Assembly (NCBI GenBank): GCA_951406725.2
Contig: OX597818.1
Span: 129,270,001-129,334,000, forward strand
Origin: Octopus vulgaris
Lineage: Eukaryota
Reading direction: 5' to 3'
DNA length: 64,000 nucleotides
The translations under genes and the position numbers were made by a program. Of the stretch, positions 38,005 to 51,971 are shown piece by piece. A model generated the notes under the pieces. It was not told the origin of the DNA, made no database searches, and saw only the letters and a program-made list of their open reading frames with translations. How positions within the stretch are numbered: position 1 is the stretch's first letter; every line of letters starts with the position of its first letter.

Positions 38005-38647
38005 AATAATAAAATGAAAACCAGTAAAATACAGGAATCAATTTGATCAATCAACCCCCACTCCTGCCCATAAATTTCTGGTCTTATGCCTGTCTAAAGA
38101 CATTTATCAAGGGCAGTGGGTAGTCAGAATCTTTACAACATCATATAAAAAGCCTTGTAATATTTAGTTCTAGCTCTTTAAGTTCCTGATCAAGTTTGTT
38201 TTTCGTTTCTCCAGGGTCAATACAATAATGTGCCAGTCATGTATTCAAAGGATTCAAATACTTGTCTAAATCTTTCCCCTAAATTTCTGATCAGTCAGGT
38301 GGTGGTGCTGCTGGTGGTGGTGGTGGATTGGCAAAATTGAAAGAATGTTAAAGAAAATGTTTAACAGCATTTCTTCTGGATTTTTACATTATGAGGCAAT
38401 GACTAGTGACCGAGACCTTTGGCAACGTGCTCCGCTTAAGAGGACTCATCTGAGTTCAAATTCCACCGAGGTTGACTTTGCCCTCATCCTTTTTGGGTTG
38501 ATGAAATAAGTACCAGTTAGGTGCTGGGGTTGATGTAATTGACTAGTTTCTTCCCCAAAATTTCAGGTTTTGTGCCTGCAGTAGAGAGGATTAATATTAT
38601 CATTATTATTGGAAAGCGGACGTTAAACGATGATGATGATGATGATG

Positions 38648-38712
<65 letters not shown>

Positions 38713-39280
38713 CATCATTAGGGTGGTGAACTAGCAGACTGATTAGCATGCCGGAAAAAATGCTTGGTGGCAGTTCATCTGTCCTTATTGATGGATTTCA
38801 AATTCTGCCAAAGTTGACTTTGCCTTTTATCTTCTCACAGTCAATAAAATAAGTACAAGCTGAACACTTGGTTCAATATCATAAATTTATCCCTTCCCTG
38901 AAATTGCTGGCTTTGAGGCAAAATTTGAAATCATCATTATTATTAATATCATTATTATTAATAACAACACACATTTCTCTTTCAGTCTTGCAATTATAGC
39001 TAGTACTGGGACTGATGCAATCACAATCATTTCTATGTTTCTCTCCCATCATCATCATCATTGTCATCATCGGTACCACCACTGCTGACATCCCCACCAC
39101 CATCACCATGATATTGATAGTGTTGGTGATGATGATCATCATCATCATCGTGACTGTAGTCAGCAAATATTACTAGCTGTACTTCACCACAACAAGAATC
39201 CATCAACAACACTGAAGCATAATCCTCATCATTCCCCACCCAACCACATCATCATCATCATCATCACCACCACCACCACC

Positions 39281-39311
<31 letters not shown>

Positions 39312-39871
39312 ATGCTGTAACAATCATTAATTATTATTATGATGATCATCAATTATTGTCATCAATGTTACCATTCCTCCATTAGAACTTAGAATGACCA
39401 TAGTTAGTTTCACTCTTATCATCATAATCAACACCATCGTCATCTTCATAAGCAATATTGTCATGACTAACACCACCACCACCACCACCAACACCACCAC
39501 CACCACCATCATTCATATCATTACCGTCATACCATCCTGTCATTGTTAGTTTCTATAATTATTCCAATTTATCAACATTTTCCAGAGCCAATAAATAAAA
39601 ACAAAGAAAAACAAAACAAAAACAACCCCCCCTCACTCACACACTCATGCCAAAACAAAAAAAAACAAAAAAAACAAAACAAAAAACTAATAAAGTAAGA
39701 CAAAGTATTAACGGGGGAACAACAACAAACAACAACAACAACAACGATAGCAAAAACAACTGACAATAATGGAAATTTTTACTGAGTAGTAACAAGATGA
39801 GAAAGATAACTGGATATAACTAAGCAGGAATAAGAAAAATACAAGCAAAAAACAGTAATAACAAAGATGAC

Positions 39872-39907
<36 letters not shown>

Positions 39908-40049
39908 GTGTATTTGCTATTGGGGCATTAGGTAAAGTGGGGCATTACAAAGACAGGTTATGCAGAGTGTGGGGTTACATATAAAATTGGATGCGGTATA
40001 AGGAAACAAAAAGCAAGCACAAATGAAAGGACAAAAAAATATACATAAT

Positions 40050-40336
40050 TGGCATGTAAAAAGCACCATTCGATCGTGGCCGTTGCCAGCCCCGCTTGGC
40101 CCCTGTGCCGGTGGCACGTAAAAAGCACCATCCGACCGTGGTCATTTGCCAGCCCCATCTGGCACGTAAAAAGCACCCACTACACTCTCGGGGTGGTTGG
40201 CGTTAGGAAGGGCATCCAGCCATAGAAACATTGCTAGATCAGACTGGGCCTGGTGCAACCTTCTGGCTTCCCAGACCCCAGTTGAACCGTCCAACCCATG
40301 CTAGCATGGAAAGCGGACGCTACATGATGATGATGA
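40050..40336 (+). mobile_element. RTE-like tail element with internal GGCACGTAAAAAGCACC repeats and (GAT)n tail
   Basis: GTGGTTGGCGTTAGGAAGGGCATCCAGC..CCGTCCAACCCATGCTAGCATGGAAAGCGGACG..(GAT)n. Related to ~7090, 20925, 51203 and 56122. Confidence 0.75.
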
Positions 40337-40529
40337 TACAAATACATACACAAAAGTCTTTCCAATTTAAATCTTCAAACAAGAGGCAATCAAAGGACCC
40401 ACATGGACCCAAGAATCCCCCAAACTTCCAAAGACATGAGCCTTCACTCAGTTATCGTTCTCTGACCTAAAGGCATGCATTTTTGGAGTCATTACATTTA
40501 CTCTTACTATTTCCATTATAGTTACTTTA

Positions 40530-41000
40530 CTTTTGCTAAATTCACCAGGGAAGAACACTTTCCTCTTTTCTTTAAATGAGAAATTTTTCAAGAATCACTG
40601 AAGAAAAAAGTGTCTGCCTTCGGTCCTTTCAGCCTCAACAACCACAGAAGCTCTTTCACCAAAGTCACCTGACAGTGAGAAAACTGCCTGTTTAGTCTGA
40701 TTAAAAGATGGCTGAGAAAATCTCATGATTTCCTCAGTTGATAGCTGGATCTCTCCTGCATGGACCAAAAGCTGTTTGACATAACATCTGAAGTCAGTAA
40801 TGTTCAGATATGATGTAATGAGAAGAATAATTTTGGCACTCTCTGTTCTTTTCAAATAGTCAAATCTGATGGTCTGTAGAGCTTACCACAAACTAGTAAT
40901 GCTCCTTGGTAGCACTGCCAGGGTAAGAATTTCTGGAAGTTATCCATAGATGTCCCCAGCCAAAAAGTCCGCCAGAACAAACAAGTTTCTTAGACGTCAT
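40530..41000 (-). pseudogene. Decayed L1-Tx1-like ORF2 C-terminal region
   Basis: YVKQLLVHAGEIQLSTEEIM..QAVF, and in another frame KELLWWLRLKGPKADTFF; resembles Tx1 ORF2 C-termini. Confidence 0.55.
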
Positions 41001-41140
41001 TACCACTCAGATTTTTTTCTCCCCTAGAACATTATTTACTCTTTCCTACCAGTAGGAATTACTAGTATATATAACATACAGAAAATCTATGTTCGGTAGT
41101 GCAGTGAAAGCACATGATAAAAATAAAAATATGACTACTA

Positions 41141-41226
<86 letters not shown>

Positions 41227-41261
41227 CAATAATAATAATGATGATGATGATGAGGAGGAGG

Positions 41262-41293
<32 letters not shown>

Positions 41294-41300
41294 AATAATC

Positions 41301-41611
41301 ATGTTCTGATGCAGTACTAGACAGCAGCTCTCTTTGGGGTTTGAATAATTCACCTCTGGAAAAAGGGGTGTTTTGTTCATCAGCCTTAAAACAATGGAAT
41401 GGGCTACTCAACTTGAAGAAAATTCTAACTGGACTCCACCTGCAAGGCCATGCACTGTTTATCTTGATATGAGATCACCATCTTGCATACATATGGTTGC
41501 GATGCATGTGCCTGGCGAACCTTTATCAAACGGGTAGTCATGATGGGTATATTTGGCTCTGTATATTTGTACCTCAGTGTCACTTTGATGGCATGCACTG
41601 CTCTCTCACTC
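41301..41611 (+). mobile_element. Family N element, internally deleted
   Basis: Both termini present; most of the 5' interior is missing relative to 23311-23815. Confidence 0.85.
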
Positions 41612-41791
41612 AATAATAACAATGATGATGATGATAACAACAACAACAACAACAAGATTTTAAAAGGCTGATCATAATAATAATAATAATAATAAATTGA
41701 AAAGATAGTGCTCATGCGAACTCTCATATCCTACGCAAAATACTTTCTATGTAACAACAACAACAACAACAACAACAATAATAATAATAAT

Positions 41792-42105
41792 AAGATTTCA
41801 AAAGGCTGATCGCTACCTAACTCAGATACCAGGAAACCCCAAAATGGCAGAAATTCAAAAGATAGTGCTCATGTGAACTCTCATATCCTACTCAAAATAC
41901 TTTCTATGTAACCTCAAGTTTTAAGACAAACATAACTTTCGCGTTTTTTATTTTTAGGCATTCACTAGTACAACACTAAATACAAAACCAAATATATGGC
42001 ATACTAGGCATAACAACAATACGAACTTCCAACCTGTTGCCTCTTAAGGTCTCTGGGTGAGACTTGGAGCCAACTTGTACAAATATAAAGCAAAAGTCAA
42101 ACATA

Positions 42106-42106
<1 letters not shown>
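41792..42106 (+). mobile_element. R4/Dong lineage C 3' fragment (a shorter duplicate lies at ~41654-41753)
   Basis: AEIQKIVLM..HIL..ILSM*; 3' UTR ..AAGGTCTCTGGGTGAGACTTGGAGCC..AAAGTCAAACATAG followed by (AAT)n. Confidence 0.85.
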
Positions 42107-42137
<31 letters not shown>

Positions 42138-42157
42138 GTAATAATAATAATAATAAT

Positions 42158-43770
42158 GAATTAAACAGAACAGGGTATGGGTATAAAATTGCCAATAAAA
42201 AAATAAGCCATCTATTTTATATGGATGACTTAAAACTTTATGGTAAAGACAATAATGAACTTGAAGGCCTATTGCGCACCGTGAAATCATTCAGCGATGA
42301 CATCGGGGTGGAGTTTGGACTTGAGAAGTGTGCCAAGGCCACTTTCCAGAAAGGGAAAGTGAAGACCACAAATTCAGTCATGTTAGATGTTGACACAGTC
42401 ATAAGAGAGCTTGAGCAAGAACAAACATACAAATATTTAGGGATAAATGAAGGCTCTGGTATTCAGCATGCAAGCATGAAAGAGAAAATCAGGAAAGAAT
42501 GTTATAGGAGAGTTCGTGCAGTCCTGAAATCTGAACTAAATGCACGTAACAAGGTATTAGCTATAAATTCCCTAGCAGTTCCAGTTGTTACTTATAGCTA
42601 CAATGTGTTGAACTGGAATATGAGTGAAGTAAGAATATAGATAGAAAAATACACAAGCTGCTGAGTTGTAATAGGATGCACCACCCAAAGGCAGACGTAG
42701 ATCGCCTTTACCTTCCCAGAGCTCAAGGAGGTCGAGGCCTGATCCAATTTGAACTAGCTTACAAAACAACCACAATTGGACTGGCCAAATATCTCGAAAT
42801 ATCGAATGGCTGGATGCTAAAGCTCGTGGAAAATCACGAGAGACGAAAGAAGCTTCATTCTATCATCAAGGAAAGCAAAAAATTTGCTATTGATCTCGTG
42901 CAGGATACCCAAACTGAACAACCCGAGGGAAGTACGGCAACTATTGTTGCAAAGAAGGTGAAAATGATGGCAATGAAAAAAGCGCACGAGCAATTGGCTG
43001 ATAGGTGGGAGGAGAAACCTCTGCACGGCAAATATGTGACCCGCAGCAAACAAGCTGATGTTGACCAGAAGCAAACCCATCAGTGGCTGCGGAGCTCAGG
43101 GCTAAAAGCAGAGAGTGAAGGTTTCATCCTGGCTGCTCAAGACCAAAGCCTATCAACCCGGAACTACCAGGCCAATGTGATGAAAAATGGAGCAGACCCA
43201 AAATGCCGATTCTGCAACGACATGATTGAAACAGTGGACCACCTAATCTCTGGATGTAAAGTCTTAGCACCAGTGGAGTATAAATTAAGACATGACAGAG
43301 TTGGCCAATATCTCCACTGGCTAATAAGTCGGCATTACAATATCAAAACTGCCGACAAGTGGTATAATCACCACCCTGAGGCTGTAACTGAAGGAGAAAA
43401 TGTAACCATTCTGTGGGACTTTCCAGTACATACAGACCGAACCATCAAGGCCAATAAACCAGATATTGTTGTGAAAGACCAAAACAATAAAGTTTGCTTA
43501 TTGATCGACATGAGCATCCCCTGTGATCATAATATCTCAGCGAAAGAGTTTGACAAGCTCAGAAAATATAAAGACCTACTCATTGAAATTGAGAAAATGT
43601 GGCATCTCAAGGCGGTTACAATACCAGTGATCGTAGGAGCACTAGGAATGATCAAGAAGGGAACCGAAAATTATATGAGAATGATCCCTGGCTTACCATC
43701 CCTGCAAGAAGTGCAAAAGATTGTCTTAACTGGTACATCACACGTATTGAGAAGAGCATTGTCGATGTGA
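42158..43770 (+). pseudogene. RT (HLFYMDD, YKYLG) - CCHC (CRFC..HLISGC) - RHD - PD-(D/E)xK RLE (KPDIVV..LIDMS..KYKDL), with a 1-bp deletion frameshift near 42630
   Basis: ORFs 42221-42640 and 42676-43770 join if one A is restored (EVKNIDRKIHKLL). Confidence 0.92.
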
Positions 43771-43952
43771 GAACTGTTGCTGCTCATGTATTTTAATTTT
43801 TTTAACTTAAAAAAAAAAAAAAAAAAAAAATGAACGAACTACTGAGTTTGGTTTAATGGCCTACCAATATATACTATGAGTTTCTTTGCCCTAGGAGTCG
43901 GGAAGACACTCGGCAAGAAATGGAAGAAAATTTGAAAGAAGAAAAAAAAAAA
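42158..43952 (+). mobile_element. R4/Dong-clade non-LTR retrotransposon, lineage A, 5'-truncated, in (TAA)n
   Basis: RT C-half, CCHC finger and RLE, then 3' UTR and A-tail. (TAA)n on both sides. Confidence 0.95.
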
Positions 43953-44045
43953 GTAATGATAATAATAATAATAATAATGATAATAATAATAATAATAATA
44001 ATGATAATAATAATAATAATAATAATGATAATAATAATAATTAAT

Positions 44046-44410
44046 TCTGGTTTATTGGCCACAAGGGCTAACAAAAATCAAAGAAACATGTAAGGACAAA
44101 GACAGGATGAAAAGTACAAAGGGTTTTGTCTGATGGAAAGGTCTGTGTAAACATTCAAAATAACAACGAAAATATATATAACAAGTAAAACTCCCAATAG
44201 GGGAAAGTGCTTCAAAAGGTTACTCATGGAAAAACCCATAAAAACTACGAGAGCCTGGTCAAAAAGGGATAGAGAGCACCTTTCTCCTTTTATATTACCT
44301 TTTTTTTTACAGGTGTAACCTCAGAATTGGTCCGTTCATAATGGCCATTTTACCGACATTCACCCACCTTTCAATAAATTTGCAACGAGACAGCACTTCC
44401 CTCTCTACTT
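44046..44410 (-). mobile_element. L1-Tx1-like LINE 3' end
   Basis: VEREVLSRCKFIERWVNVGKMAIMNGPILRLHL*, then a 3' UTR ending TTAGCCCTTGTGGCCAATAAA. Confidence 0.65.
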
Positions 44411-44414
44411 AATA

Positions 44415-44878
44415 ATCCTCTCTATTGGAAGCACAAGGCCTCAAATTTGGGGAAAGGGATTAAGTTGATTACACTGACCCCAGTGCATAACTGGTACAAA
44501 TTTTATCGACCCCAAAAGAATGAAAGTCAAAGTCGACCTCGGCAGAATTTGAACTCAGAATATAGTAGCAGATGAAATACTGCTAAGCATTTCACCCAGT
44601 GTGCTGTGCTAATGGTTCTGTCAGTTCACCGCTTTAAAAATATAAATAATAGTAATAATAATAATGGTTTCAAATTTTGCCACAAGGGCAGCAGTTTTGG
44701 AGTAAGGGATGAGTCAATTACATCAACCCCAGTGTTCAACTGATACTTATTTTATCAACCTCGAAAGGGGTGAAAGGTAAATTTGACTTTGGCAGAATTT
44801 GAACTCAGAGCGTAGCGATGGGCAAAATACCGCTAAGCATTTTGTCCAGTGTGCTAACGATTCTGCCAGCTCTCCGCC

Positions 44879-44880
<2 letters not shown>
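44415..44880 (-). mobile_element. Two tandem S2 SINEs
   Basis: Two S2 cores with different tails. Confidence 0.85.
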
Positions 44881-44927
<47 letters not shown>

Positions 44928-45845
44928 CAACAATAATAATCGAAAAGAACAGTGGAAACAAAAAAAAAAAACATTCAAAACTGATGTAAAAAAAAAACTG
45001 TGAAGGATATACAGCAAAATGATATGATAACAAATCAGAAATTACCAATCACACATATATATAGATTATAGATTTTACTATGATGTCCTTTGTCAATCAC
45101 ACTACAGGTGAATGTAACATTGATTTCTGCATGGTGATGCTTATTTTTTGTCTGTTTTTCTTTTCCTCGTTATTTTGTTTCTGAAGAATATATTTGGAGA
45201 CATGGTGTAAAAAAAAAAAAAAAAAAGACAAAAAAGGAAAAGAAGAGAAGCCATTCAGGCTACATACTTCAGGGTGGGGGTTGAATGTGTGGACGAAGAG
45301 TTTGCTTTTCAATATATGTGATTATGTCCATATAATCCTATGTCTGTGTTGATATTACATGTGATGATAGTGAAAGATGAATGTGACAGTGTTATATATT
45401 TATAATATATATATGTGTGTGTGTGTATGGTGTCTGTGTATATATATATATATTCACACCAAAAGCTTATATATATATGTATATATATTTATATATACAT
45501 GCACATATACACACACATATATACATACATACACGCACATGCATACTCGCACACGCATACTCACACACACATGCTTGCATGTACAAAAACACAGATGTAC
45601 ATGTATGTTTGCATGTATATACTGAAAATGATAGCCATTCAAAAAGTAATATTGAGCCATATCTACATATATTTAATTTATTTTCTGTTTGCTTATTGTG
45701 GCAGATATAGGAACAAGTTTATTTATGGGCATGTGGACACACACACATACACACACACTCTCTCTCTCTCTCTCTCACACACACACCCAAACCTACATAT
45801 ATATATATATATTAAACAAACAAATGATGTATTAAGCAAACTATA

Positions 45846-45891
<46 letters not shown>

Positions 45892-45989
45892 GCAAAAATA
45901 TTTTAATAATCGCAAATACTTATATACAAGTGAAGATATATATTGACAAAATACACGTTTGCATATCTATGTGTGTGAATATAAATATA

Positions 45990-46049
<60 letters not shown>

Positions 46050-46616
46050 GCATATATATATATATATATACATACACACACCTGTATATATATATACATA
46101 CATATAAATATATATATACATACACACACATATGCACATACACACACACATACATACACACACACACACAGAGTCTCTCTCTCTCTCTCACACACACACA
46201 AGTGGGTGTGTGAGTGTGTATACATGCAAACACACAAAGGCACACACCAGGCAACAGCTCATACAGTTTATGAAACAACAAACAGAACATAAACCCTGAT
46301 GTTGGAAGTAAAGTAAATATTATTGTAAGGCCACCAATATTGGCAATGAAAAGAAGTTGCCAACCCCCACTCCCAATCCAATCCTCACCACATACTTTTA
46401 TAATATATACATATATGAATTATATATATGATATATTAGAAAGTGTGTATGAGGGGGGGGGGGCTTTGTTTGCATATGTATATATATATATGTAAACACA
46501 CACATATATATATATATATGTATATATGTGTGCTTACATATATATGTGTGTGTGTGTGTGTATATATATGTATATATGTAAATATATGTGTGTATGTATA
46601 CATGTATATATATATG

Positions 46617-46647
<31 letters not shown>

Positions 46648-47123
46648 TATGCATGTGTATATATATGTGTATGATTTTATGCATGCGCATATGTTTGCAT
46701 GAGTGTGTGTTGTAAGTATACCATACTCTCCCATATACAAATGTATACATATGTATATATATTACACATACACATATGTACATTTATCTTTTCCAATTCT
46801 GACAGTGCACATACAAAAAATGCACAGTACTGAAAAAAAAACATACAAGAATCACACACATGTACATAAATAAATACATACATACATATGTATTTCCAAA
46901 ATAATGTAACGAAAATAATTAAACTACTCCCAAAACGAAAAAAAAAAAAAAACTCATCTACTGCGAAAATTGCAAAACATATACCATAGTTTCAGCTTTG
47001 TATGCATACACTAGTTCAGATACTTTTTTTCTAGATCATCCATTTTTACTTGGTCCTTCCCTTCAGTTTTTCAGCATTTTCCTTTTGTTTCAAATTTGTT
47101 TTATGCTCAGATCAACCCATAAT

Positions 47124-47668
47124 TTATTTCTTTATTGCCCACGGCGGAATTTGAACTCAGAACGTAAAGACAGACGAAATACCTATTTCTTTACTGCCCA
47201 CAAGGGGCTACACACAGAGGAGACAAACAAAGACAGACAGATGGATTAAGTCGATTATATTGACACCAGTGCAGAACTGGTACTTATTTAATCGACCCTG
47301 AAAGGATGAAAGGCAAAGTCGACCTCGGCAGAATTTAAACTCAGAATGTAACGGCAGACGAAGCACCTATTTCTTTACTGCCCACAAGGGGCTACACACA
47401 GAGGAGACAAACAAGGACAGACAAACGGATTAAGTCGATTATATCGACCCCAGTGCGTAACTGGTACTTATTTAATCGACCCTGAAAGGATGAAAAGCAA
47501 AGTGGACCTCGGCGGAATTTGAACTCAGAACATAGCGGCAGACGAAATACCAGTAAGCATTTCGCCCATCATGCTAACGTTTCTACCAGCTCACTGCCTT
47601 TTTTCAGCAAACAAAATACCGCTAAGCATTTCACCCGGTGAGCTACCGATTCTGCCAGCTTGCCACCC
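47124..47668 (-). mobile_element. S2 SINE multimer (repeated core+tail units)
   Basis: Units joined at ..AAAGAAATA-GGT(A/G)(T/C)TTCGTC. Confidence 0.85.
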
Positions 47669-47952
47669 TCAAAAATGAATTAACTATTAGATAGAATGCC
47701 TTGTGGTGTTTGGTCTGACTTTCTGCACTCTGACTTCAAATCCTAACAATGTTAACCATGCCTTTCATTTCTGTGTTGGCGGTTAATAAAAATAAATGCA
47801 CCAATTCAGGGCAGGAGATTAGGAAACTGCTAGAGGGTTAACAAAGTGCCTTGTGGTATTTGTTAGGGTTCTTGGTGTGCTGGCAGTACAGAGTGATGAC
47901 AAGCCAGTATGGATAGCAAATGTAAAACATAATAATAATAATGTCAATAATA

Positions 47953-47996
<44 letters not shown>

Positions 47997-48137
47997 ATAG
48001 GTTTGTGAATCTTTTATTTTTTTATCTGCTTCAGTTATTAAACTGTGGCCATACTAGGGCACCACCTTGAAGAACTTTTTGTTGAATGAATCAACCCAAG
48101 TACTTATATTTTGTTAAAGCCTGGTACTTATTCTATA

Positions 48138-48390
48138 GTGGAGGTGCAATGGCCCAGTGGTTAGGGCAGTGGACTCGCGTTCAGAGGATCACGGTTTCGA
48201 TTCCCAACTGGGCGTTGTGTGTGTTTATTGAATGAAAACACTTGAAGCTCCATGAGGCTCTGGCAGTGGGGGGTGGCGACCCCTGTTGTACTCTTTCGCC
48301 CCAACTTTCTCTCACTCGGTCTTCCTGTTTCTTGAGTAATGCTGCGATGGACTGGTGTCCTGTCCAGCTGGGGGGGAACACATATGCCAC
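48138..48390 (+). mobile_element. S3-type tRNA-SINE
   Basis: TGGCCCAGTGG A-box and GGTTTCGATTCCC B-box. Confidence 0.85.
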
Positions 48391-48579
48391 AGGAGTAGTT
48401 AAACTCCAAACCACTATTAGGGGTAATTTCGAAAGGGAATGAAAAATAAAAACATTTACCCTCTAATTCCTATGCCATAGTTTCAAGTTATCTTCAGTAA
48501 ATAAAATAATTTACTTGGAGAAGCTCTCATCTGCAGGAAAGCTTTACCCCTTATAGTAGTTTGGAGTTTAACTACTCCT
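48391..48579. mobile_element. MITE-like element with ~36-bp terminal inverted repeats
   Basis: AGGAGTAGTTAAACTCCAAACCACTATTAGGGGTAA / TTACCCCTTATAGTAGTTTGGAGTTTAACTACTCCT. Confidence 0.7.
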
Positions 48580-48619
48580 TCTAGTGGGTCAGATGTCCTG
48601 TTATGTCCATTTCTTATGT

Positions 48620-48665
<46 letters not shown>

Positions 48666-48722
48666 GCTACTTTCAGTTTCTGTTTACCAAATCCACTCAC
48701 AGGGCTTTCATCGGCTTGAGGC

Positions 48723-48763
<41 letters not shown>

Positions 48764-49691
48764 GTGCATGTGTATGTGTATGTGCTATATTAGAAATAAG
48801 ACACTTGCCCAAGGTGTCACACAGTGGGACTGAACCTAGAACCGTGTGGTTGGGAAGCAAGCTTCTTACCACACAGCCACACCTGTGCCTGTCTTCACAT
48901 ATACACATACATGAATGTAATGCAGAAAGATAAACATCATTATCATAATCACCACTGCTGCCACCACCACCACCTCTGCCATCATCACCATCTTATCCAC
49001 AATTGGCACCAATTCTCTGTGTCTTTTCCTTATTATATGTTTTCAATTTCTTTCTTGTTTTTTTTTTTTGTTTTTCTTCTTTTTTCTATGCAAGCCTCGA
49101 TGTTTGAAAAGATTGAGGATTTTGCAATACCATTTTGTGATCTTTCTTTCCCAAACTGAAGCCAAACATGAAAGATTCTGACTGAGGAATTTCCACTGAT
49201 AACAACAATAATAATTACAGCGATTAAGAAGATGCTGCTGCTGCTGCTGCTGATGATGATGATGTGTGTGTGATTCTAAAGAGGTTAGATTAGTTATTTA
49301 TGTTGTGGGTATTTTGTTTATATCTTGCAAATAATTTAAACATTTTGACAATGATGACAATAAAAAAAAAAATTGCCATAAAAAATAGTGCTAAAGATAT
49401 GAAAATTATGGCAGGATATAAAATAAAATAAAATAAATGAAATAAAATAAAATAAATAAAATAAAATAAATGAAAAAGAAAGCCTCCAGACAAAAACTTT
49501 TGATGATTAAAGATAAACTGTACACTCACTATGTACATGCGTGTGTTGTGTGTATACAAACACACACACACATATTAACACCCATGCACACACACACACA
49601 CACATATCTTGGCAGCATGGAAAGTGGACATCAAATGATGATGACAGTGATACACACACACACATACACACAAACTTAAAAGGAATATATC

Positions 49692-49724
<33 letters not shown>

Positions 49725-49774
49725 ATCTACATATATCTATATATATGTGTGTGTGTGTGTGAGTGCATGTGGAT

Positions 49775-49809
<35 letters not shown>

Positions 49810-49963
49810 CATGTATATATATATGTGTGTGTGTGTATGTGTGTTTGTATGTATGTATATTACATATAAGCATATATATTTGCATGTAGATAGATAGACA
49901 AATGTAGATGGATAGATAGATTTATTATATGTATATATGATATACATAACTATATGTATAGAT

Positions 49964-50136
<173 letters not shown>

Positions 50137-50164
50137 TTTATTTAAAAGCAGCAGAAAATTCAAC

Positions 50165-50211
50165 AAAACCTGTTACTCTGAGTTTCATGTTCCCGTTCGT
50201 CAGACAGTTTT
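50165..50211 (-). ncRNA. Type-I HHR motif in a ~100-bp insertion between (TA)n tracts
   Basis: AAAACTGT-CTGACGA-ACG(GGAA)CAT-GAAA-CTC(A)GAG-TA-ACAGGTTTT, followed by AATAAA. Confidence 0.75.
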
Positions 50212-50233
50212 TGCTTGAATATGTGTTTACTCC

Positions 50234-50291
<58 letters not shown>

Positions 50292-50611
50292 TATATATCT
50301 CAATATGCATACACATATTCACATGCTGGGTATATGTGTATATGCGTGCTGTAAGGATACTGGGAGTGAGACACCCTTTCGCTTTTGTAAAAGAATCTCT
50401 CTAACAGAATGTAGTATTGTATCCCCAATTATCTGGGATATGACTGGACTTAGTAGCCTTGGAAAGTAGCCAGATTAGAAGTACAACTTGCAACCCTACC
50501 AGTAAATCGTATAGGCAGAGAGCACACCAATTCTATTCATCCTAAAGTGAACAAGGAGATGCAAGAAATATGTTGGGCTTGAGATCCCCAACACTTGGCT
50601 ATGAAGATGGA

Positions 50612-50668
<57 letters not shown>

Positions 50669-51202
50669 CAACTCCAGCTGTTAACCGTAAGCTACCAAAT
50701 AACTCTTTGCAGCTTATCAAACTTTGATACAGGAAAAAATCTCCAACCTTCTACATCAATAAACCACTATTGTTCCTCAAAGTTGTTTTTTATACCTTCT
50801 ATGGATTGCTTGAAGCTTACTAACTTCCTACACATTGATCTTTGAATCTCATCTTTACACACACACGCACACACACACATATATATATAAAGACCCTTTG
50901 GTCACATGTGACCATGGAATTGCACTAAGAAAATTCTTCTCTGAGGCACAAGTCCAGACATGGTTATTTGTAGATCAGCATCACATGCATGCCAGTCTCC
51001 CCTCTCCACATCACCAATGTTGTCCAACGTGAAGACAAAGCTTGGCACCAGTGATGTCACAACTGATGTCTACAGCTGAGTGAAGTCAATCACAATGAAA
51101 TAAGGTGTCAAGAACACAATGTACAGTCTGGCCCAGAAATCTAACAACACAATCTCATGATTGTCAGCCTGATGCATAAACCACTGAGCCATTATATCAC
51201 CA

Positions 51203-51825
51203 TCATCATTTAACGTCCATTGTTCATGCTGGCATGGGTTGGATGGTTTGACCGGGGCTGGAAAGCTGGAAGGCTGCACCAGACTCCAGTCTAATTTGGC
51301 ATGGTTTTCTATGGCTTACACTCCGAGAGTGTAATGGGTGTTTTTACATGTCACTGGCACGGGTGCCATTTGCGTGACACCAATATCTTACATGACTGTG
51401 ATTTTGCTTGGTTTGATGGGTCTTCTTCTCAAAGACAACATAATGCCAAAGGCCTCAATCATTACCTACGTGAGGCCCAACATCCAAAAGAAACTCAGCC
51501 ACTTAGCCTCCATCGGGCCCAACACTCAGTCACTTTGCCTCAATGAGGCCCAATTCTTGAAAGGTGCTCTTTACATGCCACTGGCAAGGGTGCCATTTGC
51601 ATGACACCAGTATCTGCCACGACTGTGATTTTGGGTCTTCTTCTCAAGTATGACAATGCCAAAGGTCTTGGTTATTACTTACATGAGGCCCAATGCTCAA
51701 AGGAACTCAACCATTTTGCCTCCATGAGGCCCAATGCTTGAAAGGTGCTCTTTATGTGCCACCAGCACAGGTGCCAGTTACATGACACCAGCATCAGCCA
51801 TGACTATGATTTCACTTGGCTTGAC
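51203..51825 (-). mobile_element. RTE-like tail element with tandem internal units
   Basis: (CAT)n-TTTAACGTCC end and repeated GAGGCCCAA / TGCCA..GGCAC units. Confidence 0.7.
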
Positions 51826-51971
51826 AGATCTTTTCTCTTTGACTTGTTTTAGTTTTTGGATTGCAGCAATGCTGGGGTACTGCTTTGAAGGGTTTAGGTG
51901 AACAAGTTGACCATAGGCGCAGGAGTGGCTGTGTGGTAAGTAGCTTGCTAACCGACCACATGGTTCTGGGA

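Noticed and set aside
50420-50520. Possible RTE 5' UTR / HDV-like ribozyme remnant
   Set aside because: Could not establish the nested pseudoknot pairings by eye.
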